Shown here: piece after piece, positions 40,549-40,600 of the stretch | How the letters are laid out: each line of letters begins with the position of its first letter | How positions within the stretch are numbered: the stretch's first letter is position 1 | DNA from: Candidatus Nanoarchaeia archaeon | Lineage (GTDB): Archaea > Nanobdellota > Nanobdellia > Woesearchaeales > JACPBV01 | NCBI GenBank assembly: GCA_035655475.1 | Contig: DASRUK010000109.1 | Coordinates: 1 to 40,600 of the forward strand | Reading direction: 5' to 3' | Length of the DNA stretch: 40,600 nucleotides | The notes under the pieces: model-generated | Told to the model about the DNA's origin: nothing | Seen by the model: only the letters and a program-made list of their open reading frames with translations | Database searches by the model: none | Program-made: the position numbers and the translations under genes

Positions 40549-40600
40549 ATGAGAAAACCAATTCAAATGAAGATGGAAGGTTACGAAGTTGTTGAGAAGA
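40549..40600 (+). CDS. Possible 3'-partial ORF (MRKPIQMKMEGYEVVEK...) running off the window
   Basis: An ATG preceded by a TATA-like box and the palindrome. Only 17 codons are visible, so this is weak. Confidence 0.3.
   Translation, partial: MRKPIQMKMEGYEVVEK

Noticed and set aside
1-40600. A search by eye for CRISPR arrays, long direct or inverted DNA repeats, tRNAs, transposases, integrases and toxin-antitoxin pairs.
   Set aside because: None was found. The intergenic space is tiny, the largest gaps being 236, 224 and 114 nt, and these are accounted for by the 5S gene, promoter regions and the structured spacer. Manual inspection cannot exclude short or degenerate repeats, so a computational repeat and tRNA scan is still advisable.

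Overview
AT-rich, very gene-dense window that looks archaeal. Evidence: an archaeal-type 5S rRNA, TTTAAA-type TATA boxes 25-29 nt upstream of first-gene start codons (leaderless layout), and Fap7-like kinase, NFACT-N, GTP-PEPCK and TM1367-type cyclophilin-like genes. The compactness (4-nt ATGA overlaps, overlapping convergent gene ends) suggests a small-genome lineage such as DPANN; that is inference only. Layout: (i) nt 1-5491 hold three secreted or membrane-anchored surface proteins: a 5'-partial giant lipase/CARDB/beta-propeller protein, a pilin-like-anchored protein, and a Cys-rich TSP3-repeat protein. (ii) nt 5510-12300 are housekeeping: Fap7-like, class I aminotransferase, cyclophilin-like, pckG, a truncated NFACT, a disordered K/E-rich protein and an orphan 5S rRNA. 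(iii) nt 12344-40324 form a ~28 kb glycan and surface-modification island. It has a colinear UDP-xylose operon and a WbpB/WbpD/WbpE-like diacetamido-uronate module. It also has a wHTH-cytidylyltransferase / class III aminotransferase / CDP-alcohol phosphotransferase trio. Three adjacent pairs of Dpm1/GtrB-like GT2 plus large GT-C-like membrane protein are present, along with a Wzx flippase and a UPF0104 flippase-like protein. An Arn-like amino-sugar operon and a B12-radical-SAM + Cys-rich GT9 pair complete it. I saw no CRISPR array, tRNA, transposase or integrase. The best candidates for undescribed biology are the trio at 19954-22967, the three GT2/GT-C pairs without an AglB, the rSAM-GT9 pair, and the structured 114-nt spacer upstream of the UXS gene. 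All functional calls rest on motif recognition by eye; no database search was possible.
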